The notes: generated by a model not told the origin, from the sequence alone. 20,058 nucleotides of DNA from Acaryochloris sp. IP29b_bin.148 (GCF_028285565.1 NZ_JANQOY010000021.1:1-20058); one strand, 5' to 3'. Positions 9,138 to 17,733 are shown, counted from the stretch's first letter. Numbers and translations are program-made.

Positions 9138-9635
9138 ATGGCCACAACTCGGCGATCTAATGTTATCCCTGTTCGACCGAAAAAGGTTGCGCCTTCAGCC
9201 CGCCCTCATCCATCCCCAAAGCATCGAGGCGCTCGACCTGCCCCCCTCTTGGACCGCCTTGATACGCGCTCACCGCAATTTCCCAATTGGCTAATTTTGC
9301 TGATGGTGTTTCGCAAACTGTCCGCACCCATCTTGATTATGTCGGTATTGGGAATCTTACCGCTCTATGCCTGGCGGGTGAATACCCAACAATCTTGGGG
9401 CAATCAGTATACACAGTTAGAGAAATTACAGCGCGATCAGCGGCATTGGATCACGCGTAATGAAGAGCGCAAATACCAAATTTCAGAAAATCTAGAAAGT
9501 AATCCCGCAGGCTTTGTCCCCAAAAGCTCTCAAACGACCGTCTTTTTTGAACCTGCTCCTGCGCGCCCTGCTCAACCAGCTTCCCCTCAACGCGCTGGGA
9601 TCACAGCTATTGATGTTGCTCCCATTGGCTATTAA
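9138..9635 (+). CDS. FtsL-like cell-division protein (single TM, short coiled region, between rsmH and ftsI)
   Basis: Basic N-terminus, TM ILIMSVLGILPLYAW, then Gln/Glu/Arg-rich segment QQSWGNQYTQLEKLQRDQRHWITRNEERKYQISENLE; position matches ftsL in the dcw order. ORF track start 9063 lies in the apparent -10 region; Met at 9138 preferred. Confidence 0.7.
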   Translation: MATTRRSNVIPVRPKKVAPSARPHPSPKHRGARPAPLLDRLDTRSPQFPNWLILLMVFRKLSAPILIMSVLGILPLYAWRVNTQQSWGNQYTQLEKLQRDQRHWITRNEERKYQISENLESNPAGFVPKSSQTTVFFEPAPARPAQPASPQRAGITAIDVAPIGY

Positions 9636-9656
9636 GTCCAACTTCTTTGCACGTTT

Positions 9657-11462
9657 ATGCCCATTCCTTCTCCTCCATTACAAGACCGTCGGGCGACCAT
9701 CAAAGCCCGCCTCCAAACGAAACAACCCCATCGCGTGCCGAACCAGCGATTGCGGTTGTTTTTGGTGTGGTTGGTGCTGTTTGGAGGCATTCTGGGCTTG
9801 CTAGCTCGTTTAGTCTATTTGCAAATGAGTGCAGCACCTTTTTTTCGGACCAAAGCCCAACAGCAACAACTCGGCAGTCTACCAGAGCGTACGTTTCGCT
9901 ATCCGATTGTCGATAGTCAAGGGAATCTCCTAGCTAGAGATGAGCCTGTTTTTAGGCTGTTTGCCCATCCTTTTTTGTTTCAAAAATCACCAGAGGACAT
10001 TGCCAACGCTTTAGCACCAGTGCTGAAGCGCTCACCCCAGTCCCTAACAGAACTGTTCAAAACCGGCGAGAGTGGCATTCCGATCGGATATCGCCTATCA
10101 GAAACGGATGCCGAAAAAATCAATGATCTCTATGTTGATGGCTTGGAAATTACGCGGGAATGGCAGCGCATCTATCCCCAATCCGAACTGACTTCGGGCC
10201 TAGTCGGATATGTCAATACCGAAAATCAAGGTCAATCAGGGATTGAATATAGCCAGCAACCGCTGCTGAAGGGCAGTCCCATTCCCTTGCTTGTGGCTCG
10301 GGATGGTCGGGGACAGCTCTTACCGGATCGATTTCCCTTAGAGCCTCTCAATGCCAATGACCTGACCTTAAAGCTCACCTTAGATACGCGACTCCAGCGA
10401 TCGGCGCGGCAAGCGCTGCATAAGAAGATGGCCGAGTACCGCGCAAAACGGGGCACCGTCATTGTGATGGATGTTGAAGATGGTTCTCTAAAAGCGTTAG
10501 CATCAGAGCCGTCTTTTAATCCACAGCGCTATTTTGAAGCGAATACTGAACTCTTCAAAAACTGGGCGATTTCAGATCTTTATGAGCCGGGCTCGACCTT
10601 TAAGCCGATCAATATTGCGATCGCACTCGAATCCGATGCCATCAAAGCGGATAGCGTCTTTCACGACAGTGGCCAAATTACTATTGGCGGCTGGCCGATT
10701 AATAATGCAGACAACTCAGGTCATGGCAACCTCTCTGTTACAGGCATCCTCGAATATTCCAGCAACGTGGGCATGGTTCATGTGATGCAGCGGGTAAATC
10801 GGTCAGCCTACTACAATTTCCTCAAGAAAATTGGGATTGGCCAAATTACCGGCACCGATCTGCCCTTTGAAACTCCCGGTCAGTTTAAGGATAAGCAGCA
10901 ATTTCTGGACTATCCTATTGAAGCCGCCACTGCAGCCTTCGGTCAGGGCTTTTCCGTGACGCCTTTGCAAATGGCTCAGTTGCATGGGGCCATTGCCAAT
11001 GGCGGCAAACTCGTGACCCCGCATGTTGTGGATGGTCTATACAATCCCGTTGGCAAGAAAACCAAGGGCTTAAATCTGATTCAACCTCGCCGTATTTTCA
11101 GTCAAGAGACGGCGGATCAAGTTCGCACCATGATGGGCAGTGTGGTCCAAAACGGGACCGGTAAACCCGCAAAAATTCCAGGCTATCGTCTAGGCGGTAA
11201 AACCGGAACCGCCCAGAAAGCGGATAGCGGGACCTATAGCAATGCTCGGATTACTAGCTTTGTGGCCTCCTTCCCCTTGGAATCTCCTAAATACGTGGTG
11301 CTCGCCGTTGTGGATGAACCGCAAGGCAACAATGCTTATGGTTCAACGGTGGCTGCTCCAGTCGTCAAATCGGTGCTAGAAACTCTGATTAGTGTTGAAG
11401 GTATTCCGCCTAGCCATCCCGCTGAATTAAAGGCAAAACCCAAAACAACACCCCGTTCATAG
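9657..11462 (+). CDS. ftsI: Peptidoglycan D,D-transpeptidase FtsI / class B penicillin-binding protein
   Basis: N-terminal TM plus PBP dimerisation region; catalytic motifs EPGSTFKP, SSN, KTGTAQ. Confidence 0.93.
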   Translation: MPIPSPPLQDRRATIKARLQTKQPHRVPNQRLRLFLVWLVLFGGILGLLARLVYLQMSAAPFFRTKAQQQQLGSLPERTFRYPIVDSQGNLLARDEPVFRLFAHPFLFQKSPEDIANALAPVLKRSPQSLTELFKTGESGIPIGYRLSETDAEKINDLYVDGLEITREWQRIYPQSELTSGLVGYVNTENQGQSGIEYSQQPLLKGSPIPLLVARDGRGQLLPDRFPLEPLNANDLTLKLTLDTRLQRSARQALHKKMAEYRAKRGTVIVMDVEDGSLKALASEPSFNPQRYFEANTELFKNWAISDLYEPGSTFKPINIAIALESDAIKADSVFHDSGQITIGGWPINNADNSGHGNLSVTGILEYSSNVGMVHVMQRVNRSAYYNFLKKIGIGQITGTDLPFETPGQFKDKQQFLDYPIEAATAAFGQGFSVTPLQMAQLHGAIANGGKLVTPHVVDGLYNPVGKKTKGLNLIQPRRIFSQETADQVRTMMGSVVQNGTGKPAKIPGYRLGGKTGTAQKADSGTYSNARITSFVASFPLESPKYVVLAVVDEPQGNNAYGSTVAAPVVKSVLETLISVEGIPPSHPAELKAKPKTTPRS

Positions 11463-11498
11463 GCTTAGAAGCAGGGTGTACAACGCTCTCAATTATCC

Positions 11499-11948
11499 TT
11501 AAGGCAAAAACCGTTTTTGTTCCAAAGCGCTGGGCATTCGGCAGGTAGCTCGTCGTCCAAACAGTCGATAGCGATTACGAGCAATCAGACGATAGATGCG
11601 ATCGCGAATGGGCCGCGGAATCCAACCCACCATTCGGAACACTGACCACACTCCACCTAAACGTTTACAGATTTGAATAAACGCATCGGACTGATCGTAC
11701 AGATGACCCCGATCATGATAGTAAATTGACCAGGCCTTTCGATCGATGGGCAATGGGGGTAAATACTGTTTGGCCGTTTGGCCTTGCAACGGGGCAATCA
11801 GAATGGTTCCCACGGGATCGACTTTCAACAAGAGATCCACAAAACCATTGCACATCACACATTCCCCATCAAAGAAAACGATGGGCTGCTGAATGGAGGC
11901 CATCGGGTTATGGCTGACCGTTGGATTAAACGATTGAGGTGCCGCCAT
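11499..11948 (-). CDS. DCC-family (DUF393-like) thiol-disulfide oxidoreductase-like protein
   Basis: IVFFDGECVMCNGFVDLLLKVDP motif, LYDQSDAFIQI, GGVWSVFRMVGWIPRPIRDRIYRLIARNRYRLFGR. Confidence 0.88.
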   Translation of the reverse strand: MAAPQSFNPTVSHNPMASIQQPIVFFDGECVMCNGFVDLLLKVDPVGTILIAPLQGQTAKQYLPPLPIDRKAWSIYYHDRGHLYDQSDAFIQICKRLGGVWSVFRMVGWIPRPIRDRIYRLIARNRYRLFGRRATCRMPSALEQKRFLP

Positions 11949-12110
11949 ACTTTTATTTCACCACATTTCTGGGTATAGAACGTATCTTGAATCTAACATG
12001 ACGATTCAGGCCACTGCATAGGACTGTCTTGAGTGTTGTGGACATATCCTTTGCCAGGAACGTCAGCTTTCGAGGTAGGATCTGCAAGTTACACCTATCC
12101 TAGTTGAACA

Positions 12111-12488
12111 ATGGTTGAGCGACCGATCAAGAAGTCTGAATTAGAAAAACGTGCCCAGACTGAAGGCCCAGCAGAGGACAAAAACCGCAATCAGAAAGGC
12201 CGTAAAGGTGGACGTGGAAAAGGTCGAAACAACAAAGACAGAGAAAAGAAAAAGCCTGCTGTTCCTCTCGCTTTGATGCGAGGTCCCAAACCCACCGCAA
12301 AAGTGGAAGAACCAGAACCCGCGGAAGAAACTGCTGTAGAAGAAGCGGTCGCGGAAGGAGTAGACACTGAGGCTACCGAAACTGAAACCGTAGCCGCTGA
12401 GGCAACTGAAACAACAGCTGAAACCTCAGAGGCTGACGCCAATACCGGAGATGATACGAGTGAAGCTGAGCCTGCTCCTGAGGGTTAG
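12111..12488 (+). CDS. Hypothetical protein with Lys/Arg/Gly-rich N-terminus and Glu/Ala/Thr-rich acidic C-terminus
   Basis: Clean 125-aa ORF with bipartite charge distribution: GRKGGRGKGRNNKDREKKKPAVPLALMRGPKP then EEPEPAEETAVEEAVAEG...TEATETETVAAEATETTAETSEADA. Confidence 0.6.
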   Translation: MVERPIKKSELEKRAQTEGPAEDKNRNQKGRKGGRGKGRNNKDREKKKPAVPLALMRGPKPTAKVEEPEPAEETAVEEAVAEGVDTEATETETVAAEATETTAETSEADANTGDDTSEAEPAPEG

Positions 12489-12529
12489 CGGCTGACTGTC
12501 ATTCCCTCGGCAGCATACTTCCCAGAATC

Positions 12530-14020
12530 TTAAGAAGACACCGGTTGAGGAATCGTAATATCAATCGGTGTCACGTTTGTGCCTAACTCTTCTAAGGAGG
12601 GTTGGATGGCTTGCCGGTTGCCCACCACGACAGTGACAATCTGATCGGGCTGGAGATATTTCTCTGCTGCGGCCTGAACCTTTTCGGCGGTCATGGATTT
12701 GACGGCTCGCTGATACTGGAAGATAAAATCATCGGGATAGCCAAAGTACTCGTATCGCATCAGACGCGATAAGGTTTGGGCGGGATCCTGGAAGTTGAAG
12801 ACAAAAGAGTTGAGGATGGAGTCCTTGGCCTGCTGGAGTTCATCAGCCGACAAGGGGGCTTCACGCACCTTTTGCAATTCACTTAAGACTGCTTTGATAA
12901 ACGGAACCGTTGCTTCTGATCGCGTTTGTCCCCCGGAAACAAACAGGCCTGGATAATCGTAGCGAGCACTCCAAATGGCATAAACCGAATAGGCTAAGCC
13001 TTGGCGCGATCGCACTTCGTTAAACAGGCGTCCACCAAAGCTGTTAAGCGCTTCATTCATCACCAGTAAGGAGAAAATATCAGGGCTATCAAACTGACCG
13101 CCTAAATGACCGATTTGAACATTACTTTGAGACAGTTGGGGCTGATCGACCACAAACGTCTCTCCAGCCTTAACCTGTGCTGCACTCGGTACGGGCGGTG
13201 CTTTATCCCGCTCAGGCATTTTTGGCCAATCCCCAAATGCTTGTTTGATCCGTTGGGTCATGGCGTCAGAATCGAAGTCTCCAACAATTCCCAAAATCAT
13301 GCAGTTAGGGTGAAAGTTTTGTTGATAAAAGGATTCAACGTCTGCCTGAGTAATATTGTCGAGGGTTTGATATTCTTGGGTGCGCGCATAAGGACTTTCT
13401 GCACCGTAAATCAGTTTTTTGAATTCTCGACCGGTAATATCATCTGGGTCATCATTACGACGGGCAATGCTTCCGCGTCGTTGGGTTTTAGCCAGTACCA
13501 GTTTGTCTTCTTCAAAGGCCGGTTCGCGAATCACCTCAGCGAATAAGTTAAAGACGGTGTCTAAATCTTCACTTAAAGCCGCGAAGGAGGCACTCCCCGA
13601 AGCGGTACTAATCCCTGTTTCCACAGAGGCAGCCCGTTGCTCTAGCATTTGGTTGAGCTGCTCGGAGGGATGCTGTTGGGTCCCCCCCGACCGCATCATA
13701 GTCCCCACAATATCCGCCAAGCCCACCTTCTCAGCAGGCTCCAGCCGAGACCCCGTCCGCATTCGAGCAATGCCGTTAACCAAAGGCAACTCATGATTTT
13801 CCATTAAATAAACGGTCAAGCCATTGTCCAACTGGAAACGGCTATATTCTGGGATGGTGACCTCAGGAAGAGATGGAAAGTCGAGGTCAGTATAGTGTTT
13901 CGCAGTGGCTGCCGTGCCTGGGCGAATGGAACCGATAATAAGCAAGAGGGGGATGACCGCAAAGGCGACGAGTCGCCGTAGCGTTTTATTTAGCAATCGG
14001 TTACGGGGAGCGTTGGGCAT
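12530..14020 (-). CDS. M16-family zinc-peptidase homologue, apparently without catalytic zinc motif
   Basis: Signal-like N-terminus; DFPSLPEVTIPEYSRFQLDNGLTVYLMENHELPLVNGIARMRTGSR; typical M16 C-terminal features (SNVQIGHLG, NEALNSFGGRLFNEVRSRQGLAYSVYA). The HxxEH region reads KVGLADIVGTMMRSGG. Confidence 0.92.
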   Translation of the reverse strand: MPNAPRNRLLNKTLRRLVAFAVIPLLLIIGSIRPGTAATAKHYTDLDFPSLPEVTIPEYSRFQLDNGLTVYLMENHELPLVNGIARMRTGSRLEPAEKVGLADIVGTMMRSGGTQQHPSEQLNQMLEQRAASVETGISTASGSASFAALSEDLDTVFNLFAEVIREPAFEEDKLVLAKTQRRGSIARRNDDPDDITGREFKKLIYGAESPYARTQEYQTLDNITQADVESFYQQNFHPNCMILGIVGDFDSDAMTQRIKQAFGDWPKMPERDKAPPVPSAAQVKAGETFVVDQPQLSQSNVQIGHLGGQFDSPDIFSLLVMNEALNSFGGRLFNEVRSRQGLAYSVYAIWSARYDYPGLFVSGGQTRSEATVPFIKAVLSELQKVREAPLSADELQQAKDSILNSFVFNFQDPAQTLSRLMRYEYFGYPDDFIFQYQRAVKSMTAEKVQAAAEKYLQPDQIVTVVVGNRQAIQPSLEELGTNVTPIDITIPQPVSS

Positions 14021-14156
14021 GGTTAACGTGCTTTTCCTATGGACAGCTCATCTTTAACAGATTAGCTTAAACTTTGCGAGGCGATACGCGGATTTATTTC
14101 CTTTTGACCTGCTTTACAATGAAAAGTGCCCTTGTCGTCGCCTGAATCTTTCGCCT

Positions 14157-14561
14157 GTGAAAAAGCGCGTTACTCTGACGTTCCCTAGGCGCGCCGTTCC
14201 TGTTCCCGTCACCTATCGATTGGCCAAGGATTTCAATGTGGCGGCCAGTATTATTCGTGCTCAGGTGGCCCCCAACCAAATTGGTAAGTTGGTGGTGGAA
14301 TTAGCAGGCGATATCGATCAACTCGATGCCGCCATTGATTGGATGCAGGCCCAACATATCGATGTGTCTTCGTCGAATCGCGAAATTCTGATCGATGAAG
14401 AGAGCTGTGTGCATTGTGGGCTATGCACGGGTATCTGTCCCACTCAAGCCCTCACCCTCGATCCCAAATCTTTTTTGCTAAATTTCACGCGATCGCGCTG
14501 TATTGTCTGTGAACAATGTGTTCCGACTTGCCCAGTGCAAGCCATTTCGACTAACTTTTAA
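14157..14561 (+). CDS. NIL domain-containing 4Fe-4S dicluster ferredoxin-like protein
   Basis: N-terminal NIL-like region (KKRVTLTFPRRAV...PVTYRLAKDFNVAASIIRAQVAPNQIGKLVVELAGD) and two motifs CVHCGLCTGICP and CIVCEQCVPTCP. Confidence 0.92.
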   Translation: MKKRVTLTFPRRAVPVPVTYRLAKDFNVAASIIRAQVAPNQIGKLVVELAGDIDQLDAAIDWMQAQHIDVSSSNREILIDEESCVHCGLCTGICPTQALTLDPKSFLLNFTRSRCIVCEQCVPTCPVQAISTNF

Positions 14562-14589
14562 GGCTTTTAACTGCGTAGTATGCAGAACC

Positions 14590-15378
14590 ATGAGTCCCTT
14601 CAACTATTACGACCACATCGCTTCCATCTATGACCAAACCCGCTGGATGACGGAATCTATCGCCGAAGAGGTTGCAGATTATATTTTGGAGTGGGTTGAT
14701 GCTAACCCTTATACTTCTTTCCTAGAGCCTGGTGTGGGGACTGGCCTCAACGTTCTTCCACTGGTTAAACGCGGCTATTCCGTGACTGGGATAGATATTT
14801 CGAGGGAAATGCTCGACCAGTTTAGCCGCAAGCTAGAGGGCATTCCACGAAATTTGACGCTGATTCAGGCCGATGCCTCCCAGCTATCCTTCCCCGATAA
14901 CAGTTTCGATGTTGTCCTGACCGTTCACATGGTTCACACAGTCTCTCACTGGCAGAAATTTCTAGCAGAGATTGAACGCGTCCTTAAACCAGGTGGGTTC
15001 TATTTGAATGCCCAATGGATCACACCGCCTGCCCGGATGGAATTTGAGCGGCACTTCAAAGCGATTTTAATCCAGGAAAGCAGTCCACAATCGCCCCCAG
15101 CCAAACACCCAAGGATTAATGTAGAGAACTATTTCCGTCGCCAAGGATATCGGCCACATTACTCGATTGCCAAAACGTGGTGGGTGAGCAATACCGTGGT
15201 AGAGCTACTTAGCTTTCTCAAGGCACGGGCCTATGGTTTATGTTGGCACACATCTGATGCCGCATTTCAAAGAGCGCTACAAGCGTTTGAAGCATTTTGC
15301 CTAGAGCATTATGGGTCGCTAGACGCGGAGATAGCGTCAGCAGCGCAGTTTGAAATCTGGTCTTATCATCTCACCTAA
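14590..15378 (+). CDS. Class I SAM-dependent methyltransferase
   Basis: FLEPGVGTGLNVLPLVKRGYSVTGIDISREML, ADASQLSFPDNSFDVVLTVHMVHTV, EIERVLKPGGFYL. Met at 14590 preferred over the track start 14503, which overlaps the upstream gene. Confidence 0.9.
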   Translation: MSPFNYYDHIASIYDQTRWMTESIAEEVADYILEWVDANPYTSFLEPGVGTGLNVLPLVKRGYSVTGIDISREMLDQFSRKLEGIPRNLTLIQADASQLSFPDNSFDVVLTVHMVHTVSHWQKFLAEIERVLKPGGFYLNAQWITPPARMEFERHFKAILIQESSPQSPPAKHPRINVENYFRRQGYRPHYSIAKTWWVSNTVVELLSFLKARAYGLCWHTSDAAFQRALQAFEAFCLEHYGSLDAEIASAAQFEIWSYHLT

Positions 15379-15427
15379 CTGTCCTATGTCTTGGAAGCCA
15401 GTCTCAATCACTACTGGTATGCCTCTC

Positions 15428-15479
15428 TTGAGATCAAGATCCTAGTGGTTAGAATAGAGACGTACCTAATTCAAGTACG
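15428..15479 (+). promoter_or_regulatory. Candidate promoter and operator of the YefM-like gene
   Basis: TTGAGA (15428-15433), 16-bp spacer, TAGAAT (15450-15455); inverted repeat CGTAC (15461-15465) / GTACG (15475-15479) between -10 and start codon. Confidence 0.45.
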
Positions 15480-15482
15480 CCA

Positions 15483-15707
15483 ATGCTATCGAAAACCCTC
15501 AGCTATAGTCAGGCCCGTGCTAATTTTGCCGAGACCTTGAACGATGTCGAGGATAATCGCTCCATTGTTATTGTCCAGCGTCCTCACCGACCAGGTGTAG
15601 CTTTAATTGCGGCAGACGAACTGAGCAGCATGATGGCAACGGTTCATCTGTTAAGATCGCCAGCCAATGCGACCCGTCTTTTTGAGAACCCTCTAACTCC
15701 TGCGTAG
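15483..15707 (+). CDS. Type II antitoxin, YefM/Phd family (short C-terminus, no adjacent toxin found)
   Basis: MLSKTLSYSQARANFAETLNDVEDNRSIVIVQRPHRPGVALIAADELSSMMATVHLLRSPANATRLFENPLTPA; typical YefM N-terminal domain, atypical end. Confidence 0.85.
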   Translation: MLSKTLSYSQARANFAETLNDVEDNRSIVIVQRPHRPGVALIAADELSSMMATVHLLRSPANATRLFENPLTPA

Positions 15708-15842
15708 TAGAGCTTCGCCTTAGATGCAGAGATAGCATTATTTTTCGCGACAATAATATATCTGCGAGATTTTGGAGCAGGAGAAGATGACTGAGTTTTG
15801 GCCGCAAAGTATCGATCTAAGGCTGAGCAGAAAACGTACCAA

Positions 15843-16502
15843 TCACTTTGTAACCGGAAGCCGACATAGTAGCGTGTTATCCTGCACGAGATCATCACTC
15901 CAGATCAGCTTGGCTGAACTATCCCACGATATGTCGTCATATTCATCTTTTGGACCCACGGCTTGTGCTGAATGTTCTGTTGCTGTGGGCCATGTGCTGT
16001 CGTCAAAGTCTGGGGAGATCCAGTTAGTGGGAATAGCAGTTTCCTTAAAGGCACATGCACCCTGACCGGCCACGGGGTTTTTCTCATCCGCACATGATTT
16101 TTCCAAAGGCGCACGATGGATCACCAGACACCGCACGGTCTTATCTGAGACGGCAATGACCTTTCCTGTCGTTGTGTCTTTAACCTGGAAAATAAGGCCA
16201 CCGTCTCCCATCTGCTGTCGTCCGGTGCCGATATATTCCAGCCCGGTATCATTTTCTTTGAAGTCTTTTGCCATGATGGCAATCGTCAAAGGCAATTCTG
16301 CCTTAAAAGTGGCTATCTCAGCGTTAAATGAACGCTCTGTAGTGATAGGCACGCTGTCTTCAAGAATTTTGTCACCGTTGACGTACATCTCAAACCAATT
16401 ATCGACCCACACCTCCACAGTTTTGCTGCCCAGCTCAGCCTGTCTGCAACCCAACATCAAAACGAGTATCAGAACAAAAGCAAACATAAATATATTGCGC
16501 AT
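15843..16502 (-). CDS. Putative exported lipoprotein of unknown function
   Basis: MRNIFMFAFVLILVLMLGC lipobox-like start; Trp/Asp-rich mature domain (VEVWVDNWFEMYVNGDKILEDSVPIT..., WISPDFDDSTWPTATEHSAQAVGPKDEYDDISWDSSAKLIWSDDL). Confidence 0.75.
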   Translation of the reverse strand: MRNIFMFAFVLILVLMLGCRQAELGSKTVEVWVDNWFEMYVNGDKILEDSVPITTERSFNAEIATFKAELPLTIAIMAKDFKENDTGLEYIGTGRQQMGDGGLIFQVKDTTTGKVIAVSDKTVRCLVIHRAPLEKSCADEKNPVAGQGACAFKETAIPTNWISPDFDDSTWPTATEHSAQAVGPKDEYDDISWDSSAKLIWSDDLVQDNTLLCRLPVTK

Positions 16503-16634
16503 TGAATTTCTCTCCAGCTCTAACGGCCACGTTTGCGATATGTTCGTGTAAATCAGTTCAGGAAAGACATTTCCGAGGACGCGATGATTTTGCCCTCCAT
16601 TGCTTTTATCAGGACAGACCCGTCAACGTCCGGG

Positions 16635-16669
16635 GCATCTTAGGCTGGCAGTATGTCAGCCTAAGATGC
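16635..16669. other. Perfect 13-bp inverted repeat between the YHYH and lipoprotein genes
   Basis: GCATCTTAGGCTG (16635-16647) - GCAGTATGT - CAGCCTAAGATGC (16657-16669); no T-tract on either side. Confidence 0.9.
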
Positions 16670-16704
16670 ATAAACCGACGCAATGTTCCAGGTGAGAGAA
16701 TAAT

Positions 16705-17733
16705 TCATCGACAATACTCTCCTGTTTTGACTTCGCCGCCATTGGTGACGGTGCGCGTCTCAAACGCATAACAATTTGGCTTGTCAGTGGGCGTGTAGCG
16801 TATGTAATAAGCCTCACCCTTGTAGGAATAATCCATACTTCGCTGACCTGATGAGTCTTGTGTAAAGATAAGGTTTTGGACCCCGCCCTGCGGCGGCTTA
16901 CCGGGAGCAAGACCCGGCCCACCTTCTGCGGGTACAAGCGGTTGTATGCGGGGTAGCTCGCGGACATCGCCAACAGCACCCATGAGACATTGAATGATAT
17001 ATGGTGCCTTGGCCGAGGTGTGATAGCGATAACCGAATGTTTTATCGGCTTGACCGTTGCAGATGTCTAGCACACCCAAAGCGATGTGCGATCCATCCGG
17101 GTTACTGTCACCATAGATTGGAAACCCATCAAAGGCCCATCCAATAATTGCATCATCGCCCTTATTCTTCATTTGTTCGATCATGCAGACTGGCTTGACG
17201 TGATAGTGATAATCATCGCCCCGCCCTGCATGGCCGCCGCAGACATCAAGCTGCTGGGTTTGCAGCGTATCGTGCCGAGCCTGATGGTGGTTAAGATCGG
17301 CAACAGACATTTCGCCGCCGCCTGTGTAATCAAAGATCGGCACACCGTTCACCGCGACGCCCAGTGCCGCATCACGAGTCTGTGGACTATCACTCAACAT
17401 TGGTCCCAACTGGATTGGTGCAACATAATCCTTCGCGGGTACTGGAACCTGCTCGTTGGTGCCGACTATGCCGGTCATCAGTTCATGATCAGGATAGGTG
17501 GTGGAAGTGAGATGAGCATGGCCTTGATCGCAGCTCACCTTAACCTTGTCGCTAAATCCTGCGTCTTCAACTGAAGCCTTAATGGCCGCACAGCGATCAG
17601 CGACGTCCTGAGGCGTCGGCAAGGCGTCGGCTGCTACATCTTGATCAAGATGTGGCCTCAGTACGATATACAAAAGAGTACTTGCGGCAATGGATACGGT
17701 TACACCAGCAACAAGATTGACACGATTGGTCAT
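16705..17733 (-). CDS. YHYH-domain protein, exported or membrane-anchored
   Basis: N-terminal hydrophobic segment (VNLVAGVTVSIAASTLLYIVL); MSVADLNHHQARHDTLQTQQLDVCGGHAGRGDDYHYHVKPVC; GWAFDGFPIYG. RBS GGAG upstream. Confidence 0.88.
   Translation of the reverse strand: MTNRVNLVAGVTVSIAASTLLYIVLRPHLDQDVAADALPTPQDVADRCAAIKASVEDAGFSDKVKVSCDQGHAHLTSTTYPDHELMTGIVGTNEQVPVPAKDYVAPIQLGPMLSDSPQTRDAALGVAVNGVPIFDYTGGGEMSVADLNHHQARHDTLQTQQLDVCGGHAGRGDDYHYHVKPVCMIEQMKNKGDDAIIGWAFDGFPIYGDSNPDGSHIALGVLDICNGQADKTFGYRYHTSAKAPYIIQCLMGAVGDVRELPRIQPLVPAEGGPGLAPGKPPQGGVQNLIFTQDSSGQRSMDYSYKGEAYYIRYTPTDKPNCYAFETRTVTNGGEVKTGEYCR

Noticed and set aside
11505-11519. CAAAAA-CCG-TTTTTG palindrome near the convergent ftsI/DCC ends as a bidirectional terminator
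   Set aside because: The stem is only 6 A/T-dominated pairs and lies inside the DCC coding end; too weak to call.
15707-15900. Possible YoeB/RelE toxin remnant (FWSRRR in one frame, TEFWPQSIDLRLSRKRTNHF in another)
   Set aside because: The resemblance to the YoeB GFWSRRI..EHRLVY segment is only a few residues, in different frames and with stops. It is not enough to call a toxin pseudogene.
16656-16979. Minus-strand 107-aa ORF overlapping the YHYH gene end and the 13-bp hairpin
   Set aside because: Out of frame with the well-supported YHYH protein and no domain signal.
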